64,000 nt of DNA from Trypanosoma brucei (lineage: Eukaryota). The DNA is taken from positions 608,001 to 672,000 of the forward strand of contig CP000067.1 in assembly GCA_000002445.1 (NCBI GenBank), written 5' to 3'. A program made the translations under genes and the position numbers. Below are positions 1 through 10,795 of this stretch, in pieces (the first letter of the stretch is position 1; the number at the start of each line of letters is the position of its first letter). Below the pieces are notes generated by a model. That model was not told the DNA's origin, did no database searches, and saw only the letters and a program-made list of their open reading frames with translations.

Positions 1-22
1 CTTTGTTCTTCAGGTGAAAACA

Positions 23-397
23 ATGTTTGACATAAACCCACTTCCCGCTTCTAGAGAAGTGAAGGATGGCGAAGGAGGGGTGCCGTTGTACAGCGAGACG
101 CAGAAGAAGTGTCTGAAACTTTTGGGTCATCTACGCGCTGTAGACAGCAAAGGGTGGTTTGAGTACCCGGCATTTGACTTGGCGAACATTGAACTCAGTA
201 GCATTGAGCGCTGGATTTGCGGGCCACCCTTCAGCACCAAAACAGACCGTGAGGCGTTTGTGGCATTGCGTGATGTGTTGGAACAAATGGTGGATAACTG
301 TGTGTTAAGTTATGGACCTACCAGCCAGTATAGTCGTGTGATTACGATGGTGCGGCAACGCCTGGTGGAGGCTTCTCAAGAGGTTGGACTTCTGTAG
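23..397 (+). CDS. Hypothetical small protein (about 124 aa). It may be complete, with a splice-acceptor-like ttcttcAG immediately upstream.
   Basis: The ORF track gives 14..397, starting at a GTG. The first ATG is at 23, directly after the pyrimidine run cttTGTTCTTCAG at 1-13. No homology recognised. The reading frame is open to the window edge, so the gene could instead begin upstream of the window. Confidence 0.4.
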   Translation: MFDINPLPASREVKDGEGGVPLYSETQKKCLKLLGHLRAVDSKGWFEYPAFDLANIELSSIERWICGPPFSTKTDREAFVALRDVLEQMVDNCVLSYGPTSQYSRVITMVRQRLVEASQEVGLL

Positions 398-399
398 AG

Positions 400-610
400 G
401 TTTTTTTTAAATCTTCCCCAGCTGTTTGTCTCATCCTTTCGCCTTCCACTGCATTTGGATTCGTGTCTGTCTGCCTTTGTGTTGATGTACCTTCCCTTTC
501 CACTGGTCATCGGTGTCTTTTATATTTTTCTTTGCTGCTCCTGTGGGTACGCTTCAACGCTTCGTTTTTTCTTTCCTTGTTGATCGTTCTCTCTCCTCAT
601 CACAAACAAC
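400..610 (+). promoter_or_regulatory. Polypyrimidine tract with AG dinucleotides: probable trans-splicing and polyadenylation signal region upstream of twinfilin.
   Basis: A 200 nt C/T-rich stretch between the stop at 397 and the ATG at 837, as is typical for kinetoplastid processing signals. Confidence 0.45.
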
Positions 611-836
611 ATCCGGCATGATGTTGTTGCTGGCGTACGGGACCGAGGAATTTCCCCTTCACACAAACGTGAGAAGCGAATCGTAAGGAAAGGACGGACC
701 CATCCGCTGGAAAAAAAACAGTTTATTTACTTACTTTATTTGTAGCTCATAGAGAACAAAGGAAGAGAAGGTGCGACTCGGCACTGGAAGGAGTTGTTGC
801 AACTGAGACGAAATAACTCAAAAAAGGTATCCTATA

Positions 837-1799
837 ATGGCAAAAGCCCTTAGTGTCAGTTTCAAAATAGACTCCGTACTGCAAGAGGCGTTTGGTAAAA
901 TAGCAGCTGAGGATTCTCGTCTTCGTGCGTTGGTCATTACTGTTGAGGATGAAACAATGCGGCTCCGCGGTGCGCCGCTGGAAGCCACAGGGAACCAAAG
1001 TGATGATTTGGTCAAGCTGCGAGACGCCATTACCGAAGACGGCTTGAGTGCTGCCTTTCTAATTGTTAAACTTGCTAAAGGTGAATTTGCTCAAATATCG
1101 TTTTGCTCAGAAGATGTAAAACCAAAGGTGAGAATGATGCATTCGTCGGGGGCGATGCATCTCGCCGAAGTTTCTGGGCTGCAGAAGCCGCCCTTCAAGT
1201 TAACGAAGCGCAATGTTGAGCGCATGGATGACATCTGTGAATCACTATTTAAAAAGGAATCAGAGAGTAGTCGCGCTGAGCTCATGACGGAGGAAGAGAA
1301 ACTTCATGCTGCCGTGGCTAAGCTGGAGGTGGCTCCACCTGTTGCCGTCATGCCGGGTGTAACTGTGCCTATAAGTGAGGAGGGAGTTCTTCTGCTGAAG
1401 CGTATGGCAAATAGTGAAGTGAACGCGGTAACGTTTGCGATTGACAAGGAGAAGTTTGTGGTGGAAAAGTCACTTGAAGCTGCCGCGGCGGTGAGCGCTT
1501 TGACGGCTGCTTCACTCGCGGATGATGTTGTGGCCCTCCTTCCTGAAGGTCAGCCGCGTGTGGTGGTGATGCGGTGTCCAACCGCAGAGGCGGGGGTAAT
1601 CATCGTGAACGTGTGCCCACCCACGTGCAAACCTCGTGAACGTATGACATACTCATCTTGCAGGGCCTCGTTTGTGCAACAGGCGCAACAACATAACGTG
1701 AAGTGCGTGAGGCGAATGGAAGTTGGTGAGATGGATGAGTTTCGTGAGGCCGTGGTGGAAGCATTCGCGGAGCAAACCAGTGGAGACGGAAAACCGTAA
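837..1799 (+). CDS. Twinfilin-like actin-monomer-binding protein with two ADF-H domains.
   Basis: The 320 aa ORF contains two tandem ADF/cofilin-homology-like halves of about 140 aa each, which is twinfilin architecture. There is a clean ATG at 837 and a polypyrimidine tract upstream (400-610). Confidence 0.8.
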   Translation: MAKALSVSFKIDSVLQEAFGKIAAEDSRLRALVITVEDETMRLRGAPLEATGNQSDDLVKLRDAITEDGLSAAFLIVKLAKGEFAQISFCSEDVKPKVRMMHSSGAMHLAEVSGLQKPPFKLTKRNVERMDDICESLFKKESESSRAELMTEEEKLHAAVAKLEVAPPVAVMPGVTVPISEEGVLLLKRMANSEVNAVTFAIDKEKFVVEKSLEAAAAVSALTAASLADDVVALLPEGQPRVVVMRCPTAEAGVIIVNVCPPTCKPRERMTYSSCRASFVQQAQQHNVKCVRRMEVGEMDEFREAVVEAFAEQTSGDGKP

Positions 1800-2166
1800 T
1801 GATTAGCTTTCAACTGAATGGTTGGTTGTTTCTGCGGGCTAGCGGTGTGTATGCGAACAAAACTCTCCATCCTCACACGCATATATACGCGGGCGGGCAC
1901 ACACTCGATGTGCCCGAGGATGCGACGACGGGGGAACGAAGTGAGTATATATTGGTTTTTTTTTGTGTGGTGGGGAGCTGGAATGGGTGCAGGACCAACC
2001 AGATTTATTGCGCAAAGAGTTGAAGCGAGTTCTCTTACCTGTTTTTGTTCGCTGTCTACGTTCCCGTTCACTTCACGCTTCGCCATCGGTGTTGGCACCT
2101 ACATGCCATGTTAAATGGTTGTCTTGGTTGTTAAGATACGGATCAGCGCGCTCACCTATTGTCCCC

Positions 2167-3156
2167 ATGCTTTGTTTGTTATTTAAGTGTGGAATGTTCC
2201 TGCGGCGTCTGATTGTCTCCCAGAGACGCCACGTCTTTTGCGCTGGTGTGGTATTGTCTGCGTCCCGCTTTTGCAGTGGATGTGGAACAACTTCCAGTAG
2301 AGCAGATTCCCCACCCACCTCCGCAGTGAATGTGGAGAGTTTCACCCTAAACGAGGAGGTTGTGAAGAGGGATATGGAGGCGCTTGCAAAGTGGAACGAC
2401 CTATCGAGCAGAATGGATGCATATAGGGAAGAGAAGCAGTATGGAAAGATATTGTCCGCTGTGGACGAAGGCATAGCAATGCTGGAAGAAATGGGAGCAC
2501 TGAGTGCCCCTATCCAATGTGAGACGCTGCTGTTACTGGAGGCTTCCCAGGCTCACTACAACCTACAGCAGTACGATTTGGCTCTGGAAAGGGCTAAGAA
2601 GGCGAAACAGACGCTGATGGCAGCACCGGAAGGAATGCGAGACGCTGCAAAGCTTGGTGAAACGAATCAGCTCATCGGTTATATCCACCTTAAAAGTGGG
2701 AAACTTGAAGAAGCGAACTCTGTTTTCACAGATATACTTCGCTGGATCGATGTCGATGCACGGACGGCGACCCCGATGCAAGCGGTCGCAGCTGTTAATA
2801 TGCGCCGCTTTATTGTCACCGGTATCGCACTCTGTTGGCACAAGGTTGCTGAAAGAGAATGTGCAACTGGTGGTGACGGCAGGGAAATGTATGGAAAGGC
2901 ACTCGATTTGCTTCTCGAGGCCCTCAATACTCATATCGACGAGAACGATCATGAAATGGTGAAGATGTCGCTGCTGAGCATCCTGCAATGTTTTGATGGT
3001 GTCGGAGATGGTAGCCAGGCTGTGATAACGGCAGAGAAGTTGGTGCGTTGGTGTTCACGTCATAAGGATGAGCAAGGCATCGCAGAAGGAAACGAATGGC
3101 TCACAAAGATGCAGGAAAAGTACCCGCAGAAAAAAGAGGAGGGAGATAAAGTGTAG
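2167..3156 (+). CDS. Hypothetical helical (TPR-like) protein with a predicted N-terminal mitochondrial presequence.
   Basis: The ORF track starts at a TTG (1963) inside the upstream pyrimidine tract. The first in-frame ATGs are at 2167 and 2194. The sequence MFLRRLIVSQRRHVF is Arg-rich and amphipathic, resembling a mitochondrial targeting sequence. The rest is alpha-helical and repeat-like with no confidently recognised domain. Confidence 0.6.
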   Translation: MLCLLFKCGMFLRRLIVSQRRHVFCAGVVLSASRFCSGCGTTSSRADSPPTSAVNVESFTLNEEVVKRDMEALAKWNDLSSRMDAYREEKQYGKILSAVDEGIAMLEEMGALSAPIQCETLLLLEASQAHYNLQQYDLALERAKKAKQTLMAAPEGMRDAAKLGETNQLIGYIHLKSGKLEEANSVFTDILRWIDVDARTATPMQAVAAVNMRRFIVTGIALCWHKVAERECATGGDGREMYGKALDLLLEALNTHIDENDHEMVKMSLLSILQCFDGVGDGSQAVITAEKLVRWCSRHKDEQGIAEGNEWLTKMQEKYPQKKEEGDKV

Positions 3157-3539
3157 GTAAGGGGCGTACTTTATTGGGTGAATGATCATGTGGACGGACT
3201 GTTAGCGACGTAAACAACTTGTGAGTTTGAGGTGTTTTATACGCGGCGATTCTGCTCCTTTTTTTTCCTTCTGTTCGACGAAAACAAATGTTGTGTGTGG
3301 GGAACACACCTCAGAAAAGGAGGCGGAAGGACAGGTAGGAAAACCAGTGCATAACAGAGACGGTTTGTGTGTGACCCCCGCTGCTCTGCATGCGAAGCAG
3401 TATGGAATCTGAGGAAAAGTATTATCCGGTTCTTAAAGAACAGGAGATACGCGGGAGGAAGAAACGGCCTCTTCGCAAGGGGTTCAGATGAATCAATACC
3501 TGTTTGCAAAAATATATATATATATATCCTTATTGTAAC

Positions 3540-3650
3540 CGTCTTACCCTCTTTCTTTTTTTTTTGGGGTGGGGGGGAGGGGACCCTTTTCTTTATATCC
3601 TTTATTTTCTTCGTTCCCTCTCCACTTCTGGGTCACTGCAAGGTTAGAGG
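3540..3650 (+). promoter_or_regulatory. Polypyrimidine tract plus AG upstream of the 3657 gene.
   Basis: The run cttaccctctttcttttttttttgg...ttcgttccctctccacttctgggtcactgcAAG lies just 5' of the ATG at 3657. Confidence 0.45.
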
Positions 3651-3656
3651 GAATCC

Positions 3657-5375
3657 ATGGCGAAAGGTAATGAGGAGTGTGTTGATCTTCGTCAGTCGTG
3701 GAGACATTTCATGGTGACACCTGTAGAGCAAACACATGCGCCAGTTGGTGTTGAGCAAGCGCAGATAAAACGCGGTGAATTTACACTCCTTCAGCGTTAC
3801 CACCTGGTGGGGACAAACGCAGACGAGCAGTCGCTGTTCTTCCTATCGCTAATCAGCCCAAACGCGGAATTGTTGCGGGCGACGTGCCATCTGTTCATTC
3901 AATTGAATTTTCAGTATAGGCAACTCCTGCTTGATAACGAGGAGAAGCTGACGTTGCTTCGCTTCCATCATGAGGAGCAGTTGACAAGTTTGCTTGAGGC
4001 CTCGAATGCAGAGACACGAGATATGGTTGTGGGGTCAGATGTTACGGAACATTTCGTCCTGAAGCATCAACGTGAGTTAGAGGAACACCAGGAAGAAAAC
4101 CGCTTTTCCGAAAACACCCTCCTCTTAGAGCTCCGCCAAAATTTCTTTACTTTCCTGAAGGCATCTGCACAGGGTACGATGGATTCACTTGAAGGGGAGC
4201 CTGGGTGGTTGAAGCTGCGACAAAACGATGAGCAGCACAAACGAGGGATGAATATTGGATATTTTTGCGACGGTCGTGTTCCAGTACGTGTGGTGGAGCT
4301 GCCAAACCTTCTTGGGAGGAACTTAACTGGTTTTAGGCCAAAGGATCCACTACTTCGGCCGATTGTAGTCGATATCTCACCGCTGACGTCCTTGCGCGAA
4401 TGCCTTCATTGTCTTTACTCGGAGGAGCGAGATTCTGTTTTAGCTGTGGAGGAGCACCTGCTTCGCTTGTCGCGACAAGTCCATGCGGTGTTGTTATTCA
4501 TTGGTCTCGAGGACGAGGCAATGCGCATACTTTCCAGCAATTATGCGGAACTCTTCCTCGACCAAGAAAGCATCTCCCCGTCAAGGCCAGCGCCATGTTT
4601 CGTGCCTCTGCGCCATCACCGCTGCTTGAGGGTTATGCTTTCCACTCAACTGTGGGGAGCTAATATTATCCTCCTGTGGACACCACAAGCTGCCAATGGA
4701 CGCCATAACTGCGAACCGCTCATTGTAGAAGATGCCCTAAATTTAGCTCTTTCTTGGAATGCCGACATGTTTACTGTTGCCGTGCTAGGCTCTGCAGCGC
4801 GTTCCCATGCAACTTCCTCTCTGCACACCGAGGATCCGACACGTGAAATACCAATGGAGGTTCTGCGCCAGCTGCAGTGCGGTGTAGGTCGGTTGGTATT
4901 TGAGGCTGCAACCATGAAAGCCTCTGCTGTATGGGGTGGCTCCGAAGAAACGGAGCAGCGGCAGCAAAAGAACAATTGGGATGCCGGTCAGACAGTCCCT
5001 CAACTTGTGTCGGCCAGGGAGCCGCAATTGGAGTTCAACTTGCCCATGTCTATACGTGTGTTCCTTCCTACCACTATGGCCTCGCTAGATGAAAGTGGTG
5101 ATCGCAGTGAGTCGTTGGAGCTCTCCCTTCAAGGAGGTGGTGGCGCTGCTGGACGGGTGGAGCGTCACGGGTTTAGGCAAGATGAAGATGTAGGTGATGT
5201 GAGTGTTATTGATTCATCGTCGCTCACAGATGTGCACAGTATAAGGCATACCACCAACAGTAGTTTCTCCAGCAACATCGGCAGCCGGAGAGAAACAGAT
5301 CGCCGTGGTCGACGGCAAATGACTTTTGGAAGATTGCTTGCATACAACTTTGGTGAGTCGGCCGTACTCCGATAA
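3657..5375 (+). CDS. Hypothetical protein (572 aa) with no recognisable domain.
   Basis: A long ORF starting at an ATG, on the same strand as the rest of the array, with a polyY tract plus AG upstream (3540-3650). Long ORFs in a kinetoplastid polycistronic unit are usually real genes. Confidence 0.7.
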   Translation: MAKGNEECVDLRQSWRHFMVTPVEQTHAPVGVEQAQIKRGEFTLLQRYHLVGTNADEQSLFFLSLISPNAELLRATCHLFIQLNFQYRQLLLDNEEKLTLLRFHHEEQLTSLLEASNAETRDMVVGSDVTEHFVLKHQRELEEHQEENRFSENTLLLELRQNFFTFLKASAQGTMDSLEGEPGWLKLRQNDEQHKRGMNIGYFCDGRVPVRVVELPNLLGRNLTGFRPKDPLLRPIVVDISPLTSLRECLHCLYSEERDSVLAVEEHLLRLSRQVHAVLLFIGLEDEAMRILSSNYAELFLDQESISPSRPAPCFVPLRHHRCLRVMLSTQLWGANIILLWTPQAANGRHNCEPLIVEDALNLALSWNADMFTVAVLGSAARSHATSSLHTEDPTREIPMEVLRQLQCGVGRLVFEAATMKASAVWGGSEETEQRQQKNNWDAGQTVPQLVSAREPQLEFNLPMSIRVFLPTTMASLDESGDRSESLELSLQGGGGAAGRVERHGFRQDEDVGDVSVIDSSSLTDVHSIRHTTNSSFSSNIGSRRETDRRGRRQMTFGRLLAYNFGESAVLR

Positions 5376-5460
5376 AACGAATTGCCGGCTCCATTTCTAT
5401 GTGCTTGCCGTTACATTTCCTCCCTAAATATTTCACGTAAACCTGCACTCGAACGCACAA

Positions 5461-5540
5461 TTTTTTTCTTCTTTGTGCTCAATCATTGTTTTGCTTGCTG
5501 GGAAGTGCTTTGTGTGTGTCTGTCTCTCTTTCTCTCAGTA
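5461..5540 (+). promoter_or_regulatory. Polypyrimidine tract ending in ...ctctcAG, upstream of the EHD-like gene.
   Basis: C/T-rich (tttttttcttctttgtgctc...tctctctttctctcag), about 290 nt 5' of the ATG at 5831. Confidence 0.45.
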
Positions 5541-5830
5541 AGTTTTGCGACATTGGCGTGTACAGTGGTTGCACTGCCACCCCCATTCACCAACGACAGC
5601 GTTCGTTTTGCTCGTTCATCTGCCTTTTCGGATGTGGATTTGTTTATGGCACAGTGATACCTCCAATAGGGGCATTTCGTTAATAATCTCTTTTTATTTA
5701 TTTTCTTTCCTTTCTCCTTCTTTGTTGACCAACGTAAAGTAACAAGTAGCAAACAGAGGGACGCATAGTGTCACATCGCGCGGCTGAAGAAAACAGTAAA
5801 ATAACAGCATAACGTGTTTTACTGCACCTC

Positions 5831-7705
5831 ATGTCGTCACACGGCAAATTAGTAAGGAAAGCTGAAGATCTTCAAGAGGACTTGTCGTGGGATTCCCATA
5901 TTAAACATGTGCTAATAGAACTCGAAAAGATTTATTTTCAGCGCATTAGGCCAATAGAGGTGAAGTTTGACTACGATATGTGCTGTCCTTCGTGGTTTGG
6001 GGAATCCATGGTGCAAAAGAAGCCATTCATCACGTTCTTAGGACCCTTCTCAGCGGGAAAGTCTACGTTCATAAATTACCTTTTACAAGGTAATCTATTA
6101 TCCACAGGTCCTCAACCTGTGACGGATCGGTTCACCGTAATTTCCCATGCGAAAGACGTACAAAAAATACCTGGCCGCGTTTTGATGGCTGACTCCAAGC
6201 AGCCTTTTCGTGGCCTCAATCAATTTGGTGGTGTATTCGGAGAGGTATTGGAGGGTATTACACATCCTCACCCCATCCTGCAATCTGTTACACTCATTGA
6301 TACACCGGGTGTTTTGGAAACCGCGGGGAATGCTCACAGTCGTCGATATGACTACGTTAACGCTTGTCGGTGGTTTGTGGAGAAAAGCGACCTTGTGTTT
6401 GTCATGTTTGACCCAACGAAACTAGATTCTGGGGAGGAGTTACGTGCTGTGTTTCAGCAAGCCCTGAGAGGACATGAAAGTAAAATCCGTATTATTTTGA
6501 ACAAGGCTGATACGGTGGAGCCACAAGAACTTATGCGCGTGTATGGCGCATTGTTTTGGAATCTCTCAGCCCTTGTCGCTACGACAGAGCCACCGCGCGT
6601 TTTCATTTCAAGTTTCTGGGAACAGCCGTACCGCATGGGCACAGATCATGAACTATTTACGGAAGAAAAGGCGGACCTTATTTACCATATAACAACGGTA
6701 GTCCCCATGCAGGCCCTTGACCGACGTGTGGCTTCTGTGCTTCAGCGCGCAACTCGAGTAATTGCGTTTGCGATTCTCTGCGCCACTTATAAAACCAAGA
6801 TGCCCTCGCTGTTTGGTAAGGCTAAGGCAAGGAAACAGTTTATTGAAGATCTACCACAGATATGTGAAGACCTGGCGAACAAGTACCGCTGCAGTGTTGC
6901 TGATTTCCCGAAGAAAGAGGTACTGGAGAATTTTTTTTCGAGGGCTAAAACTAGTGACTTCTTTGACATGAATCAACTGCTGAAACGGAAGTGGATAGAG
7001 CTTATGAGGATCACAGTAGACCGGGACCTTCCAATGTTGCTGAAGCCCCTTGAAGAATCGGCCGTTGTTGATCCCAATGATCGTAAGCATGCCCTCCTTC
7101 TCCAGCGAGAATACTTTAAAAGGATGTCCATGGAAGCCCATGGTCAGCTGTTTGTCGAGGACGTTTGTCAGAACTTAGGTACTGTGCCCATGATTCAGAG
7201 CCAGTTCACGGATCGGCCGGCCATCTGTGATGTACCCGCGAATAACACGTCGATGCAACTGCAGAGCACAGCTCCACCCAACGGCGCAGGTGGAAACGTT
7301 AACCAGGAACAACTTGCGGTGATGATGCAAATGATGCAAACGATGATGGCCGCCCAGCAAGGGCAGAAGCCGAGTCCACAACAGCAAGGGGTTCCGTTGA
7401 TCTCACAACAAGCTTACGCACCCCAGCAGGTGCAACCAGAGCAGGGAGGGCCGCTGTTTCCGCCGTCGCAGCAGATCTCTACAACCACGCAACAGATGAA
7501 TCCGTACCAACAGATGCAAACAATGGATACACTTCAACAGGGCGTACCACAGTTTCCGCCGTCGCAGGTCTGTATCGAAATGCCACAGTCTAACCCATAT
7601 CAGCAGGGGCAACCAACATTTATGCCTTACGGAGGTTTCCCATCGGATCCCCAAGGACAGGGACTTCCACAGAATCCACAGCAGCAGGGACAATTGTTTC
7701 CTTAG
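5831..7705 (+). CDS. EHD-like (Eps15-homology-domain-containing-protein-like) dynamin-superfamily ATPase with a Gln/Pro-rich low-complexity C-terminus and no recognisable EH domain.
   Basis: The N-terminal G-domain matches EHD/RME-1 signatures: the P-loop GPFSAGKSTFINYLL, DTPGVLE, and NKADTVEPQELMRVYGALFWNLS (compare the EHD motif NKAD...QQLMRVYGALMWSL). The last roughly 180 aa are Q/P-rich repeats (for example GGPLFPPSQQ and GVPQFPPSQ). Confidence 0.85.
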   Translation: MSSHGKLVRKAEDLQEDLSWDSHIKHVLIELEKIYFQRIRPIEVKFDYDMCCPSWFGESMVQKKPFITFLGPFSAGKSTFINYLLQGNLLSTGPQPVTDRFTVISHAKDVQKIPGRVLMADSKQPFRGLNQFGGVFGEVLEGITHPHPILQSVTLIDTPGVLETAGNAHSRRYDYVNACRWFVEKSDLVFVMFDPTKLDSGEELRAVFQQALRGHESKIRIILNKADTVEPQELMRVYGALFWNLSALVATTEPPRVFISSFWEQPYRMGTDHELFTEEKADLIYHITTVVPMQALDRRVASVLQRATRVIAFAILCATYKTKMPSLFGKAKARKQFIEDLPQICEDLANKYRCSVADFPKKEVLENFFSRAKTSDFFDMNQLLKRKWIELMRITVDRDLPMLLKPLEESAVVDPNDRKHALLLQREYFKRMSMEAHGQLFVEDVCQNLGTVPMIQSQFTDRPAICDVPANNTSMQLQSTAPPNGAGGNVNQEQLAVMMQMMQTMMAAQQGQKPSPQQQGVPLISQQAYAPQQVQPEQGGPLFPPSQQISTTTQQMNPYQQMQTMDTLQQGVPQFPPSQVCIEMPQSNPYQQGQPTFMPYGGFPSDPQGQGLPQNPQQQGQLFP

Positions 7706-8235
7706 TTGTTTGCTTGTGGTATCCGCAATGACATGCGCGTCTGGTAAGTGCTCAATAGTAATAAGTCCTGTACCTCTTTCAAGACAACTTGGTGCAATAA
7801 TGGCTTCTCCTCCCCTGGTCATAATGAACGTGTACCAAAGGTGATGAGACTGCCCAAAAAGAAAAAAAGAAAAAAGAGGCAGTATAAATATGGCATTACA
7901 GCTGTTTTTTCCCCCCCTATGCAGCAGCTTTCTACCATTGTGTAAGGAAGATCGGAAATGCGAGATCTTCACGCAAGTGTATGCGGTCGTGATGAAGTGG
8001 ATGCGATAGGGAGGGTTTCCCACTCTCCCCAATAACAACACTGTGAAAAGGTGTTTTAACTTGCTCTAATTTCTCTTTGCAACTTTCTACGAGCAGCCGT
8101 ACGCTGTTTCCGTGGGCGTGTAAAATTTGCGTTTCTGATGGGTTTCAACCATATATTTCACTTGCTGAGCATCGACTCGCCTTTATTACCATCTATTACC
8201 TCAACCATTCTGCTGGCGTTGTTGTGTTAATGTTT

Positions 8236-8330
8236 CACTTTTTTTTTTTTGTCGGCACCGAATGAGACGCGCTCTTCGAGGCATTAAAGGTCATTTCCTT
8301 TTCTCTCCTTTTTTTTCTTCACAACCTTTG
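8236..8330 (+). promoter_or_regulatory. Polypyrimidine tract upstream of the DEAH helicase.
   Basis: T-rich and C/T-rich (tttcactttttttttttt...ttctctccttttttttcttcacaacctttg). Confidence 0.4.
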
Positions 8331-8566
8331 CACATGCACATATATATTATATCATTATTATTTTTTTTTTGCATTGGTGGCGCGTGTACAAACGGTATTC
8401 TCCTTTATGTGAACATGGGAATAAGGAAACTAAGCTCCCCCGATTGTCCGCTACTGTAACGGGTGGACCCTCACCAGAGGAACGGGAGGGGAGGGACGAG
8501 ACGGTTGGGCGCGAGAAAAAACAAAAAAGAAACGATATATAAATTCCTTCGTAGCACCGTGAGTCA

Positions 8567-10795
8567 ATGGAAGGTACAAATAGCGGTAATGAAGGAAGTA
8601 GCGGGGGACAACGATTTGTGAAACCGAGATGGGAAAACCACTCAACATTGCCCACCGCCGTAACAAATAACAGCAACAACGACAAGAATAGTGGTGGTGG
8701 GGGTGGACATTCCACACGTGAGGAATCTTCGGCTATGTTGCCTAAACTAAACCCATTTACGAAGAAGCCATACACACCGCAATATTACAAGATCCTTGCT
8801 CAAAGGACTACGCTTCCCGTGTACCAGAGAGCAAAGGAGCTTACTCAAAATGTGCGTGACCACCAGGTTGTACTCTTTGTGGGTGAAACAGGAAGTGGTA
8901 AAACAACGCAAGTGCCACAGTTCATATCAGAGATGGAATTACCAGGGGTTGTTGTTTGTACACAACCGCGTCGTATCGCTGCAATGTCTATTGCTGTGCG
9001 GGTTGCCGCTGAAATGGATGTGCAGTTGGGTGAGGAGGTAGGTTACCGCGTGCGATTTAAGTCTATGGTATCTGATAAGACAAAATTGCTTTATATGACA
9101 GATGGTATGCTTTTGCGTGAGGCCTTTTCGGACCGCGATTTGTCACGGATTTCAGTAGTTGTTGTGGATGAGGCTCATGAACGTACGGTCGAAACGGATG
9201 TGCTTCTTGGGGTGTTGCGTTTGCTTATGCAACGCCGTCAAGACTTTAGGCTCGTTGTCATGTCTGCGACGCTTGACATGGAGAGGTTTCAGGCGTACTT
9301 TCCGAAAGCACCACTCATACAGGTGGAGGGCCGCATGTATGATGTTCAAGTGCTTTACTCTACAGTACCGGTGAAGGATTATGTGGAAGCTTGCGTGGAA
9401 CGTGTGTGTGATATCCACTTGAACGAACCACCTGGCGATATCTTGTGTTTTCTCACCGGTGAGGCAGAAATTGAAAGAGCTGTTTCGCGCACGAAGTTAA
9501 AACTTGAGCATCTTCTTGCCGATGATGGAAACACGGTGTCTAGCAATGGTGCCCAGTTGCTTGCAAGGGTCTTACCACTGTATGGTTCCTTGGGCGTCGA
9601 TGACCAGGGGCGTGTGTTTTCTAACGCTGGCAAGAACACGCGGAAAATTATTTTTGCAACAAATATTGCCGAAACATCGTTAACTATCGACGGGATTGTA
9701 TACGTGGTGGATTGTGGATACCACAAACAGAGTTTGTACAACGCGGAAGCCCGCGTCGACTACCTATTACCCGCTGTTATCAGTAAAGCTTCGGCAGAGC
9801 AGCGGAAAGGTCGTGCGGGCCGTACTCGTCCAGGGAAGTGTTTCCGACTTTTTCAACAGAGTGACTTTTCCTCTTTCCCTAATCAAACTCACCCGGAGGT
9901 GCTGCGTTCCAACATGATCAACACTGTACTTTTGCTGCTGAAACTTGATGTTGCCAATCCATACCAGTTTGCCTTCATTGATCCCCCATCGCAGCAGAGT
10001 GTTATGGATGCGTATTGTCAACTCAGTCTTTTCGGGGCTGTAGACGACGACTTACAACTCACGGACTTTGGGCGTCTGATGGCCGATTTTCCCGTGGACG
10101 CCTGTTTGGCCCGTGTGCTTATGCGTTCCGCGCAATACGGCTGTGCAGCAGACGCAGCGGTTATAGTAGCGATGTTAGAAACGAGGAATGTGCTGGTGCG
10201 CCCAGCATCCCGTGGGATCGAGGCGGAGCAGAAACACGTGATGTTTCGTCATCCTGATGGCGACCATTTGACTCTCTTTAAGGTTTTTCACGCTTTTTGG
10301 CGTAGCGGCCAGTCCTCGCAGTACTGCTTCGATAACTTCCTTGCCTATCAAGCGCTGCAGCAAGCGGTGAATGTGTATACTCAGCTTACCAAGTTGATGA
10401 AGAAAAAAAACATTTGTTTTGTGTCCACGTATGATGACAGGTCGGGAAAACTGGACTCCGTGGCGATCCGGAAAGCGGTACTTGAGGGATTCTTCACTCA
10501 AGTGGCGTATAAACCACCCGGTGGAGAGCTGTACAAAACTGTAAGGGACTCGCAGATGGTTGCACTTCACCGCCACTCGTTCCCTTCAATGAGCGGATCC
10601 CCGTCTTGGATTGTATACGACCGACTTGAGGTGCAGGGGCAAGGTGGTACGTTTATCCGGGTGGCGTCTGCAATTGAGCCGGAGTGGTTGCTCGAAGTTA
10701 GCGACTTTTTTAATGACACGTCAGAGTTTGGGGATGGTGAGATCTGCCGCATCCTCCAGGACCTGAAAGCGGGGGGCACAACACAAAAGGGATAA
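8567..10795 (+). CDS. PRP43: DEAH-box ATP-dependent RNA helicase, Prp43/DHX15-like.
   Basis: Motif I is GETGSGKTTQVPQF; motif II is VVDEAHERT; SAT is SATLD; motif VI is QRKGRAGRTRPGKCFRLF. HA2 and OB-fold regions follow. The 742 aa length with a short N-terminal extension fits Prp43/DHX15 better than Prp2, Prp16 or Prp22. The symbol is tentative. Confidence 0.88.
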   Translation: MEGTNSGNEGSSGGQRFVKPRWENHSTLPTAVTNNSNNDKNSGGGGGHSTREESSAMLPKLNPFTKKPYTPQYYKILAQRTTLPVYQRAKELTQNVRDHQVVLFVGETGSGKTTQVPQFISEMELPGVVVCTQPRRIAAMSIAVRVAAEMDVQLGEEVGYRVRFKSMVSDKTKLLYMTDGMLLREAFSDRDLSRISVVVVDEAHERTVETDVLLGVLRLLMQRRQDFRLVVMSATLDMERFQAYFPKAPLIQVEGRMYDVQVLYSTVPVKDYVEACVERVCDIHLNEPPGDILCFLTGEAEIERAVSRTKLKLEHLLADDGNTVSSNGAQLLARVLPLYGSLGVDDQGRVFSNAGKNTRKIIFATNIAETSLTIDGIVYVVDCGYHKQSLYNAEARVDYLLPAVISKASAEQRKGRAGRTRPGKCFRLFQQSDFSSFPNQTHPEVLRSNMINTVLLLLKLDVANPYQFAFIDPPSQQSVMDAYCQLSLFGAVDDDLQLTDFGRLMADFPVDACLARVLMRSAQYGCAADAAVIVAMLETRNVLVRPASRGIEAEQKHVMFRHPDGDHLTLFKVFHAFWRSGQSSQYCFDNFLAYQALQQAVNVYTQLTKLMKKKNICFVSTYDDRSGKLDSVAIRKAVLEGFFTQVAYKPPGGELYKTVRDSQMVALHRHSFPSMSGSPSWIVYDRLEVQGQGGTFIRVASAIEPEWLLEVSDFFNDTSEFGDGEICRILQDLKAGGTTQKG

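Noticed and set aside
1963-2166. The upstream portions of ORF-track calls that begin with GTG or TTG. The same applies at 16596, 23725, 28825, 31307, 38307, 42626 and 58569.
   Set aside because: They start at non-ATG codons inside pyrimidine-rich intergenic sequence. I re-set the starts to the first in-frame ATG, which in several cases gives a recognisable N-terminus (a mitochondrial presequence, a signal peptide, MGAC).
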